A stretch of 58,483 nucleotides of DNA, counting the filler, from Squatina squatina (Eukaryota), in assembly GCA_031763465.1 (NCBI GenBank). It is 3 parts of 3 records of this genome, joined end to end, with 100 filler letters (N's around TTAATTAATTAA, not from the genome) between each part and the next. Parts side by side here need not be neighbours in the genome. Positions count along the whole stretch, not along the records: positions 44,663 to 58,483 come from JARFOE010000192.1; 2 more parts are not named here. One strand, 5' to 3'. This document shows, one piece after another, positions 47,416-58,483 of the stretch. Position numbers and translations under genes: made by a program. Under the pieces are notes generated by a model. That model searched no databases. It was not told where the DNA came from and was given only the letters and a program-made list of their open reading frames with translations. Position 1 is the stretch's first letter, and every line of letters begins with the position of its first letter.

Positions 47416-47939
47416 ATGATCCCAGAGCTGTAGTAGGTCATTGCTTTCTGACCACTGTGCTGAAGCAGATGTACAATAGATCCAACCGTCTCCACCAATC
47501 ATATCCATCCAAACTGTATAATAACATTACGTATTATTGCAATATCACTATGCATCTAAATGATACAACACAACAGTGTCACTGACACTTTGAACAGCCT
47601 GGGGTAAGGTCTCCCTCCTGCAATCTGTGCATGTGTGGCTAAATAGTGAAGGGCCTGCATCTGTCCACTGGTGCTAACATGACTTTTTATTCTCTGCTAA
47701 ACCCTGCAGCTTGTCAAAGATGATCGAGAGATGGTCCCGTGGAGGAGCCTGCCGTAGCTGTGAAGATTTCCCATGGCTTGGCAGCACCACATACGATTTG
47801 GACCCAGATCACTTGCCCTCTGGGACTCTGATGATGGGGTTTTGGAGTGATTTCAAAGATTTGGATGTGGAAAAATCATTTGTGGAGGCATGAAGGAATA
47901 TTTTCATCAATTGACTTTGGAGTTTCCATAAACATCAGA

Positions 47940-50900
47940 TTTTTACAATAAAACTGTTTATTTACAAGTGCAGTGGAACAAATTATTCTTGTCACACAAT
48001 TAACATATGATGATTTACAAGAATTTACCAACAATTATTAGCCTATAATAAATGGCCTCATGACCGTTGCTATTTTGGCCCTGAATTTGCGATAGCATCC
48101 GGCATGGGGATGCCTCCAATCAAAAAATGTCTATGAACTTACCTGACAGCCCTGGATCCACGTGAGTTTGCGATTATCTTCCCCCACAGCTAGGCATTTG
48201 GATTGGAGCTCTTCTCTTTCGTGGGTAAGTCCTGGAGAGGTCACATGGGAGGCCCCAACCAATCAAGTCTGNNNNNNNNNNNNNNNNNNNNNNNNNNNNN
48301 NNNNNNNNNNNNNNNNNNNNNNNNNNNNNNNNNNNNNNNNNNNNNNNNNNNNNNNNNNNNNNNNNNNNNNNAAGTGCTGGCACAAGAAATGCTGGAAAAG
48401 AAATACATTTAGTTATAAAAAAAAGCCTAACTGGTTAAAAACATCTTGGTAAATGATCTGAAACCAGTTATTTTTATTATTGAACAAAAATGTCAGTAAA
48501 TAAACTGTGTGGCAAACCCCATGTAAACCTACACATAAAAGAAAAGTGAGCGTATCCAGTGGTAGCATAGTTTTATTTTTTTTATATACTTTAGGAAACA
48601 ATATACAAAGCTGAGCTCCACCATCATTTTCCAATGATGGTTGTATGCTCAAATTACACAGATCTAGCGCATTGTGATGGCAAAGAACAGCAGTCAGCAC
48701 CTTACTTGAACAGTTAGCTACAACACAAACATCCTTCAAATTAAATGTGTCAATATAGCATTACAGGTAAACCAAGACTTTACACAAGCCAATTACAGGC
48801 AAGGAATCCAAAATCCTCGTTGGAATTCTTGTTTTAGTCACTGAATCACTTACAAAAAGAAAAAAAAGTTCTTGTGTCATTCATATTTGCACAAAATGGT
48901 CTGTTCTTGAAAGCTAGAGTTCTATACAAAGAAAAACAAGCATCCAACAAGGATTACTCCCAATCAGGTTTGCCAGAGCAGTTCAGCTTCCTATATGCAG
49001 CAACTGAATAAAAAGAAGGGTACCCAGTGCTTTAAACAACAAAAGTTTATTATATTTACATACATCTTTTCATGACTGACCAGCTTTCTTCCATCGTCAA
49101 CAATGTTAGCAAATAACATTGGGCTTCTGTCACTATTCTTGAGTGGCTTCAGCCGCTTAATAAATACACACATGCCCTGTATCAATCTTTCTCTGCTCCC
49201 ATTTTTTTTTGTTTTAAAATAGGGCACAAATGCAAATACACAGCAATTAGGTAGGCATACAAGAAATCAATTTGTACTGTACCTACTTCAACAACCTGTT
49301 TTTTTTTCATACAACAGCACATCACTTATGAACTGCTGTACAGAGGAATGAAAAGTTGGTGAACCCAAGTGCCTTGGCCACAATGCCTTAAGAAAAAAAG
49401 TGTAATTAAAAACGAGTACAACACTGAAGCCACTAAGCAGAATTAAAATGCAACAATTTTAATGTGAAATCACAAAATGTGTCAGCCAGTTGCAAAAGGT
49501 TTATCAAATTACTTGTGCTATAAAACTCTTACACTGGGTGCACCTGTTGGAGTATGCTTTTTGATAAAATAATTATGAACTAGCACTGGCCACACTAAAG
49601 AAACAAAAATAAGCTAAAATACTACACAACTGGCCGCAAGTCCTTACAAATGACAAACTGCCCTTGAAAACTTTCAAAATATGGGGTTTCTGCAAGAATT
49701 TGTTTTCTGAAAGTATCCAACAAGGAAATTGAATTCAATAAAATCGGTTTTTAATAAGTTGTAGTGCAGTTGGTTTAAAACTTTAGGTGGTTCTAGGTTT
49801 CAAGGAGAGAATGACATCCATTCCCCCCCACCAACCAAAAAAGTGGGTTGCCATAACTATCTTCCTTCTTCCATATTAAGTTACAGATTAATTATGGTCA
49901 ATAACCAAAATTACTACTCAAGCCTATTTATCCTCATCACCCCTCCCAGGGAAGAGGCAGAGAAGAAAAGGTTAACCTGCTAAAATCCAAAGTGCTTCAT
50001 GGAGTCAAGAATTTCTGGCAGCAATTCTCATTTATTTTGAACTGCTCGAACCAGCTCCACTTGGCTGGCAGGGCTGGATTTTGCCTATTGAGTTGCAGTC
50101 AGAACCTGCTGAATGCTCAGCTTCTCTGAAAGTGCTGCGCTTGGCTTTTAGCAATGAAAGCAATGCTTAGACAGATTAGAACGCAACTGTTGGCTCTTTT
50201 ATTTTTAAATACACATTAAAGACACCAGACACTCACCAATAGAAAAAAATAACTTCCTTTTATTTACCAAAAAAACAAAAAAAAAAATCCAAATATTGGA
50301 TTGTGTAAACAAAATTCACAATCTGTTCCCTTTGTGCCTCATGGTCTGCATTTATTTTTGCTCCTCACGATCTGTGTCTTAAAATCTGCCTCTGGGTCTC
50401 ACCGTGTCCCTGAAAATGTTCCTTTAAGTTTTATACTGGCAAACAGAGAAGTGGGGTGGATTGAGCGTAACAGAATTAAATCTTCTGAGCCAATTCATTT
50501 CAAAATACCTGGATATATTTTGCGTAGTGTTGTCAATTTTGTTTGTGGTTCGAGGCATTTTACATGAACGTTAATAAGGTCCTGGTAGTCGTGAAGGCTG
50601 CAAAATGTGAAGAAAGTTTTGACGCTGTTCAAAACCCTCTACCTTATGATGTCCCCGCATTCACAGTTAGCTGAAGTCCATCATGCCACCCCCTCATTCA
50701 TTCTCTAATCTCCCTAATGTCTGCCAGCATCACGTCCAGGTGCATTTACACTTATCCCCAGGTCTTGGGAGAGCAGCTCCAGACCAACAGCTCAGCCATG
50801 GTCTCATTGAATGGCAGAGTGAGCTTGAGGGGCTCCTGTTCCTGTGTTCAATATTTTCACGTGTGCGCGCTGTTCTGTGCCTCCACCTTCTGAGACCATT

Positions 50901-51557
50901 GGAGGCTGACTCAGAAAACGGACTCAGGCGCCTAGAAATTCGTCTCGGGCGGTGGTGCAAAAACGGCCGGTATTGGATCGGCCGCCTGTTATATGCAGCA
51001 CCTGATGTTTTCAGTTCCATTGACCGCAATGGAACTGAAAAAGAAAAGACTTGCATTTATATAGCGCCTTTCATGGCCACCGGATCTCAAAGCACTTTAC
51101 AGTCAATGAAACANNNNNNNNNNNNNNNNNNNNNNNNNNNNNNNNNNNNNNNNNNNNNNNNNNNNNNNNNNNNNNNNNNNNNNNNNNNNNNNNNNNNNNN
51201 NNNNNNNNNNNNNTAGTTTGCAGACAAGTTAACATGTAAAAGGCTAGGTATTTAGCCACCTCAGCATTGATTAGTTCAGATGTCAAAGCTCTGATACACA
51301 TGGCTTCCCATGGCTTCACTCTACAAAACATATTTACAACGTGAAGGATACATCTACAAGAAATCTACATTTCAAGGGTTTACAAATCAACCACTTATCT
51401 CCCCTGAATCAGAACCCTCCATTTCCCCTCCCATTCCACCCCTTTGCCCAGCCCCACGGTCCAAAGCCTTCTCAAACGCAGCTCAAATTTTAGTTTAAGA
51501 CTGGGCAAACGTTTACAGTCTCTGGCTTTAAACCATGTGCAATTTCTTCACAAGTTC
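47940..51557 (-). other. WAC: Probable WAC 3' UTR / downstream region (with gaps and repeat insertions)
   Basis: Follows the WAC stop and is U-rich on the minus strand. Candidate AATAAA sites at 50261-50266 region, 48474 region and 47957-47962. True extent is uncertain. Confidence 0.5.
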
Positions 51558-51627
51558 TCACACCATAAAGGAATTTTGATTCTTCAGTTTTTCAAGTTCT
51601 TTAATTTGTTGTCTCAAAAACAGTATC
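51558..51627 (-). CDS. WAC: WAC terminal coding exon
   Basis: tatag|[22 protein letters not shown]. Confidence 0.95.
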
Positions 51628-52486
51628 CTATAAAAGTGAGAGGGGGAAAAACTGACAGTTATCACATTGACATGTCAATTACACTGAATAAGTTTAAAAA
51701 ATACAGCCAAATTGAAAGATAAAATAGGTTTCAGAATATTGTTATGTATCTTGTTGGCTCTGACAAAAGATGATTCACGTTCAGCTCCCATATGAATGCA
51801 TGAAATTAACGAATTTAGAGTATTTGGAACAAGTTACTTAATTATTTATTCTGAGTTTTATAAGTGCACACTTCATCACTACAGGCACAGTGAAGTCAAA
51901 TATGCAGCAGTGAACACACCAGCTACCAATTCACCACTGTCCTTTATTTACTCTTAGTTTAAAATAGGATTTGCCTTCAATTGAGCTCCTATTCTTGAAT
52001 AAAGGTAAGGTAACGTTTTTCTTCTAAAATTCACGTGTAAAACTGCATGCAGAATCAGATGCTGCATATAATCACACATCAAAATTTTCACTTCTCAGTT
52101 CGGTTTTGCTATGTTGAGGACAGGAGCCCGATGGAAGGCAAGCCCAGTGAAAAACAAAGGCTAGATTGTACAGCGGGCAGGTAGGGTCACGCGTTGCCGT
52201 CTCCCGTTGGTGAAGCCGATCTGCAATATAAACAGGTTAGGTGTCACCAACAGAAGTCAGTGCCATAAAATAGTTGGATCTGCAGTCAAATTGCAGCTTT
52301 GACAGTAATTACTGTAACCCACGATCTATCATCTCACATTGTTACTATTGCATTGACCAAAAGTGCACATGGGACAGAACCAAAATTGTTGACAGCTGCA
52401 CAAAAAGCTGGCAATATTCACAGGGGTTTACATCTGTAGCATCATGAGGCTCAGCAGACTAATTGCACACCAATCCAGTTGCTTAC

Positions 52487-52614
52487 CTTTGCTCACGCAA
52501 TGTTGCTTGGATTTCACATACTCGAACCAAAGACCTTAAATTTTTAAGCTCAGTACAAATTTCAGATATGTGAATGCTTCCCATGTTGTGCGCTTCTTCT
52601 CTCAGCCGTGATGC
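52487..52614 (-). CDS. WAC: WAC penultimate exon (coiled coil)
   Basis: ttttag|[43 protein letters not shown]|gtaagc; splices in phase to the terminal exon. Confidence 0.95.
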
Positions 52615-52967
52615 CTAAAAACAAAAAGTTAAGCAGGTATCAAAATCTGTAGTCATAGAAAAAGGACACACACACACACATCTCTGAGATAGCCTAATGA
52701 TTAGACTTGTTGAAAATGTCCTTTTCCCTTTCTCAGTTACTGGGCTCGTTGCATTCTTATTTGCACTTGGACTGATATATATTAGGGAAGGGAACATCTA
52801 TGTACTTGTTTTAATTCAATCTGAATCGACATGACTGCGCCCAATCTTTGTAATAGCCATGATGTGGNNNNNNNNNNNNNNNNNNNNNNNNNNNNNNNNN
52901 NNNNNNNNNNNNNNNNNNNNNNNNNNNNNNNNNNNNNNNNNNNNNNNNNNNNNNNNNNNNNNNNNNN

Positions 52968-53225
52968 AGAAATTTTTTCACGCAGAGAGTAGTGAACCTG
53001 TGGAATTCTCTACCTCAGAAAGCAGTTGAGGCCAGATCATTAAACACATTCAAGAGAGTGTTAGATATAGCTCTTTTGGCTAAAGGGATCAAGGGATATG
53101 GAGAAAAAGCAGGGACAAGGTACTGAATTTGAATGATCAGCCATGATCAAACTGAATGGCGGAGCAGGCTCGAAGGGCCGAATGGCCTACTCCTTCTCCT
53201 ATTTTCTATGTTTTTATGTTTCTAT
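52968..53225 (+). mobile_element. CR1 LINE 3' end in a WAC intron
   Basis: NFFTQRVVNLWNSLPQKAVEARSLNTFKRVLD and a ttctatgt tail. Confidence 0.88.
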
Positions 53226-53934
53226 GGCCCTGTCTCCCTCTCACAGAGACAGCAGCTTGGCCCTTCCCTTTAATGAAAGAGGAGGGCCCTGTCTTCCCGC
53301 CAGCGTTACACGTCCCACCACATAGCACTGGAAACATCACGTCCCTTTGCACCCCGGTCCCACCCCCAAGATGAAGTGGAGCATGATATTTTGCATTCCA
53401 CTTCCTCCCGGAGGTGGTAAGCTCACTATAGCTTGCAGGGTGGGACTTCTGCGTGGTATCGAATTCTCGGCCAGGTGTTTCCTCTACCAGAAGCACATTA
53501 TTAGATAGCTAGTTGTAAAGGTCAGTGGAGGAACGTGCTCAATTATATATGGTGGGTATATTCTATAGGCCCAGTGACTTCCGCACACAATTTTCAGAAT
53601 TGTGCTTCTAGTGGGTTGGTGAAGCTCTGTGACAGGAGTATGACATTTCATTAAATGATAATTAAAATGCACAGCATCTTCTACATTTCTCAAATACGAA
53701 TTAAATGGTGTCGCCAAGAATATGGGCATTTTCAGAGGGTAAAATCATTTTGTTTGATACTTACATTGCAACTCAAGTTAACCACAATACAAATGGCGAT
53801 GATACAACCATGAAACTACTAAAATGAAAACGTAAAAGTATACAATCAACATTAATGTACTGTACCTCCTAAAACTGCATTTTGTAAACCAATATTTAAT
53901 AATTAAATCAGGCATTAACTGATTTTGGATGTAC

Positions 53935-54035
53935 CTTTGGCTGAGACGACACTGGAGGCGTACTCATCAGTGGTTTAAGAGGAACGGTGTTAGTCTGCGG
54001 CGTACTTATCCGAGGAGACACATATGACCTTGGGG
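53935..54035 (-). CDS. WAC: WAC internal exon (5' part in gap)
   Basis: [33 protein letters not shown]|gtac. Confidence 0.92.
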
Positions 54036-55310
54036 NNNNNNNNNNNNNNNNNNNNNNNNNNNNNNNNNNNNNNNNNNNNNNNNNNNNNNNNNNNNNNNNN
54101 NNNNNNNNNNNNNNNNNNNNNNNNNNNNNNNNNNNTCCCCTTTATTTACTTACCTTCATCCAAAAATGTATTGCAAATCTGATGCTCCCCCACTTCATAT
54201 CTCTATTTTGTTACAAGCTATTGACTTTCTATATTGTCAAGCATCAGCAAAGCACAAATCTCTTTTAAAGTCTGTCTTTATCAGTCAGAAAGTTCCTATA
54301 CAGCAATGGTGATTTTTCTTTTAATACATACAAAGAGTTTTGGAGAGGCAGGCTGAAAGACACTTGAATTTTCATGTTACTTGAGAACACAGGAACCCAG
54401 CCCTGAGCAACATCCAAAAGGGAGAGAACGGAGGATCACTAATGTTATAAATATCATCTTTTTTGGATGCCGCTGAATAAACAGAAAAAGCAGCACATAT
54501 ATGCTGTCCTCAAGCCCCATCCTTCAGAAGTAAGAAGGCGCATTAAAACACAAAGCACTTAGCACCCTCTTGAAGGTCTCGCTATTGATGTACGGCCAAA
54601 AGCTCTAACACAGTATGCTCAATTTCNNNNNNNNNNCTTTTCACAAAAGACATAACTGTGCAACAATCTCATTTGGAATGCAAAATTTACCTTTAAACTT
54701 AATCACAGGAGCTGTTGTAACATCTTTCCAATAAATCAGCATGAACAAGGGACAGATGGAAGTTTGAAACACAACTCAGATTCTCCCAAACATCAAAATT
54801 CACTAGTACAAAAGCACACATAAATTTCCACTAGTTTTTAGTTTTTTTTTACAAAATGTTAGTAAAATAAAGCTGTAGCAGGCAAGTTGAAAAATAAATT
54901 AAGTGAATTCAAAGGAGCAACCCCATGATTCAAACCTGGTTTTCAGTTGCAATACCAAAAACTGAGCAACTTGACATTATCACTTAATTGAACATTAGGG
55001 AAAAAAAATCCTTCAATTATGCAATGTCACCTACCCAAAAACTTCAAATTCTTGATAACTTAGCACAATTTTGCAACCAGATGAACAGAAACCAAGTTAG
55101 TATTTTAGAAATTTACTAATAGTTGAAGTACAGCAGTAAGCCATATTTCATTAGTCTAGACACTTAGAAGTGTGATTATTTTTAGTACTATTTCAGTTCA
55201 GCGTTTTCAATATTGGTACATCAGTGCTGTTTAATAATGAGCTCTAGCGCCACTAGTGAACTAAAACGTGCATGAACTCATACAAGTCAAATATACCCCA
55301 GCATACGTAC

Positions 55311-55619
55311 CTTTCTTCTCTGTCTTCTGAATAGGGATGGAAGGTGTGGGTGTAGGCACTTTCGGTACAGTAGCTGCTCCATTAGCATCAAAGGATTTCT
55401 TTGGCTGATGCTCAGGCTGTAGACTAAAAGGACTAGAAGGAACAGTGCTTGGGTTTGTAGTTGGGAGAACCACTGGTTTGACGGGGTGCTGCACTGGGGC
55501 AGCTCCACCAGGAGTCTCTGTTCTGGGCAGTCTGTAGTCTCTGTCATTGTGTCTGTTTGTCTGGGACAAAATATTCTGGGAGAGCATACTACCGGCACCG
55601 CTGGAATGCTTGTCTTCCA
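55311..55619 (-). CDS. WAC: WAC internal exon (309 bp)
   Basis: aag|[32 protein letters not shown]...[10 protein letters not shown]...IQKTEKK|gtacgt. Confidence 0.95.
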
Positions 55620-56892
55620 CTTTTCATGATTCACAAAGGAAATGTGGCAAAAAAAAATAAAAGGGGGAAATGTTGAAATTAGAATGATTATTAGAGCACT
55701 ACTGGCTAATTTATTAACAGTCCCCTTAATTGTTTATAATTAATGTTTTAAAATGCAAGAGTTGTTAGAATCAAAACACCTACTCAGGATACATTAGACC
55801 TTGTATCTTATGGTGTCACAGCTGTGACATCATCCATTTAGTTCCACTTATGTGCTCTACGGCTGCAAAATTTGCAGCCATTTTAGCTCCAAAACATTAT
55901 TTAAATCAGGATGACAAACAGCGATTATCGATCTCAGCACTTTTCCAACACATTTGCACTGGCTAGTGCATGTATTGGAATATCAACCTGAAGAGTTCAA
56001 CGCATGTCCTGTGTTGGACAGGTGTGTGCATCAACGCAAAAGAAACCCAATTCTGAACATAGCTCAATATCCCATAATGAACTGGGCACCAGGAAATCAC
56101 ATCAGTCTGTTCCTGGACATTTATTTAAATCCCAAATTATTATTGCAGGCAATGCAAATATGCAGATTCCTTTTAAACATGCAATAGGTGAAGATTCAGG
56201 GTCATCAGTTCCCGAGGAGCTGCTCTGCGGCAAGTTGGCAACTCTTGCAGGTTACTTTCACCCCCAGACCACAAATGACTTGGTACAGGGAAGACGTATT
56301 TAAAATGAAATCAGTAGCCAGAAGGAAAAAACTCATGTAGATTCCTATTTTTCTTTCAACAGCTCACTAAGTTACATTTACATTTCTGAAACCAGTCATT
56401 CTTTATTGCCTCACCAAGTGAGATTGTGAAAGATAGAGTTCCAGAATATGGACATATGCTTACTCGTGAGTTGAGAAAGACCAAACTAATTTTTTGTGTG
56501 CAAATTCATTGGTAAATGGTGCCTGTGTAAGGACAGGTGTGGACTGAGCCCACTAGGAACTGGGTAAATAGAAAACCTGCATTTATATAGTGCCTTTCAC
56601 AATCTCAGGACGTCCCAAAGTTCTTTACGTCCAATGAAGTATTTTTTTGAAGTGTAGTCACGGTTGTAATGTCGGGTAATGATTTTTCCGACTCGGGACC
56701 NNNNNNNNNNNNNNNNNNNNNNNNNNNNNNNNNNNNNNNNNNNNNNNNNNNNNNNNNNNNNNNNNNNNNNNNNNNNNNNNNNNNNNNNNNNNNNNNNNNN
56801 NNNNNNNNNNNNNNNNNNNNNNNNNNNNNNNNNNNNNNNNNNNNNNNNNNNNNNNNNNNNNNNNNNNNNNNNNNNNNNNNNNNNNNNTGCAC

Positions 56893-57008
56893 CTTTCAAT
56901 CCACTCTTTGGGTTTCTCCCACTGAGAAACTTCTGTCCTGCAGTTGTAGTAGTATTTTTTGCCTGAAGAGCTGATGTGCTCTGACCAGTCATCAGCTGGT
57001 TCATAAGG
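56893..57008 (-). CDS. WAC: WAC WW-domain exon
   Basis: atatag|[39 protein letters not shown]|gtgca. Confidence 0.95.
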
Positions 57009-57902
57009 CTATATGAAGACAAAAAGAGTTCAATCAAAAGACAAAACACAAAGGTAGATAATTGATCTGAGCTTCAGACTGGATTCACTGTACAGCAACT
57101 TAAGGCTTGGAAGCACTTATTGTGCCTACTTTATACAGGTTGTATTTTCTACCTTTAGTTCAAGCAATGATACACTTCCAAAGCAGCTAAAATTATAGGT
57201 AAATTGGTTTCTCATTGCACAACCTAATTTAGCAGTATTTGCAGCTTGCATAATACTTTATACAATGATAGAAGAATAAACATATCCATCATTTTAACAC
57301 TGCACATCTTATCACAGGCTGAGGGCATGATAAAGCTAAAATTGTATTTACAGAGTTGTAAGGAGGATGATGAGTCAAGAGAACACACTTGACATGGTAT
57401 GTTCAAGGAGGTAGTTTCCATCACAGAATATTAAAGGAATAAAATGTGCAAAATTAGTTGCAGCTCAGAACGGTGGTAGGTGAATGGTGGAACTCTCCAA
57501 GGATAATTGTGCTCCAAAACAAAAGTGATTCAATTAAAGCAACTGTTTTGTATTTTACTGGTTAAGAAAGTGTCACATCGCACTGTGTAAACATCAGATG
57601 GGACCAGAGGTTGCTAAAAAAAAATCTATCTGCAGTATATCCAAATAATGTCCTTGTTAGCAATATTTCTTCTGGGCTGATTTCACTGAAAGTCCAATTG
57701 ACGATACCCAATTAAAGAAAAGCCCATACAGGTGTGCTGCTGTTCACCAGGAAGTTTACTGTAACACAGTTCTGTTCCCGAGTTCAAATGCCCCATGTTA
57801 AGCTGTAGATTTAAAACAACACTTCTTAGAGTACCATTTCACCATCTTTGTGTCACTGCAAAGTGGTTACTGGCACCAGTGCATGAACCACAAGATACAA
57901 AT

Positions 57903-58483
57903 GGGGCTGAAATTGGTCTATTTTAATGTCCCATTAGTGCCTCAGCGGGTCGGCACGTAACGTCATTAAGACGTGCGCCAACCCGCACCATGCAGCCGCA
58001 ATGCCCTCGCCCCTCTGTTTGCGTCCCGTGGGCAGAATTCACCCGCGGAAGCGGCCGCAGCGCCGGTAGGTTGCCGCGACAGCAAGGCCTGTTGCTGCAA
58101 TGGCCCTCTTAAAGTGGAATGCCTGTGCGCCTGCGGCCGCCATCTTCTTTTATTGGCTGACTTTGTTGTTGGCCGAACGATGGTGGCCACCGTCCCTTCG
58201 CCTGGCCCAGTTGCCAGGGTCCCTGGTGGCCAAGTGTCGGGCCGCAAGGTGCTGTCAGGGTGGCCGGTGGCTCTCCCCTGGCAGCACTGCTGACATTATT
58301 GCGCAGCGCGCTGAGGCGGCGCAACTGATGTCGCTTGCTTGGCGCTCAGGCCATGCCAGCAAAGTACCAGGCCGGCCGCCCCAGTTCTGCCCAGGAGCAA
58401 GGCCGAAGGCTCTGTGGCTCGTTCCCATCCCGGAACAATAAATTCTGCGACCGGCGAGGTGGGGCGGGAGCCGACGCGAGAAA
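57903..58483. mobile_element. GC/CpG-rich non-autonomous DNA-transposon-like repeat in a WAC intron
   Basis: Sharp compositional switch starting at ggggctgaaattgg, an end motif similar to those at 2578, 43636 and 48078. Confidence 0.5.

Noticed and set aside
47711-47893. 60-aa plus-strand ORF after a cag acceptor, convergent with WAC
   Set aside because: Short, with no recognisable homology or partner exon.
57903-58483. CpG-island promoter or coding ORFs of 70-113 aa
   Set aside because: Overlapping ORFs on both strands are expected from the GC content; the block starts with a repeat-end motif and lies in a WAC intron.

Overview
This is fragmented vertebrate genomic DNA, most likely from a cartilaginous fish (shark-type CR1 LINEs, V-SINE/HE1-like SINEs, Penelope and Harbinger remnants). 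Two N44-TTAATTAATTAA-N44 linkers (31366-31377, 44607-44618) join three unrelated scaffolds. The 100-N gaps have no fixed real length, so distances across gaps are unreliable. Scaffold 1 holds the main result: a decayed provirus 3' half (+, 13705-16796) with the integrase C-terminus, an env splice acceptor, an envelope laid out like a paramyxo/pneumovirus F protein (signal peptide, early furin site, fusion peptide, heptad repeats, C-terminal TM), a polypurine tract and a complete 597-bp TGTAG...CTACA LTR. This fits a lokiretrovirus-like element in a chondrichthyan. Next to it is a second, different envelope remnant on the minus strand (about 11708-13249) that resembles foamy (spuma) virus Env. 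Scaffold 1 also has an orphan decayed minus-strand ORF (6321-7073), a perfect 26-bp hairpin and Penelope-type minimal hammerhead ribozyme motifs. Scaffold 2 has exons of FEV, CYP27C1, EAF2 and IQCB1, an RE1/NRSE site and a probable crystallin (CRYBA2-like) promoter. Scaffold 3 has five WAC exons with the 3' UTR, and a Penelope GIY-YIG fragment. All identifications come from hand translation and recalled protein motifs; no database search was run.
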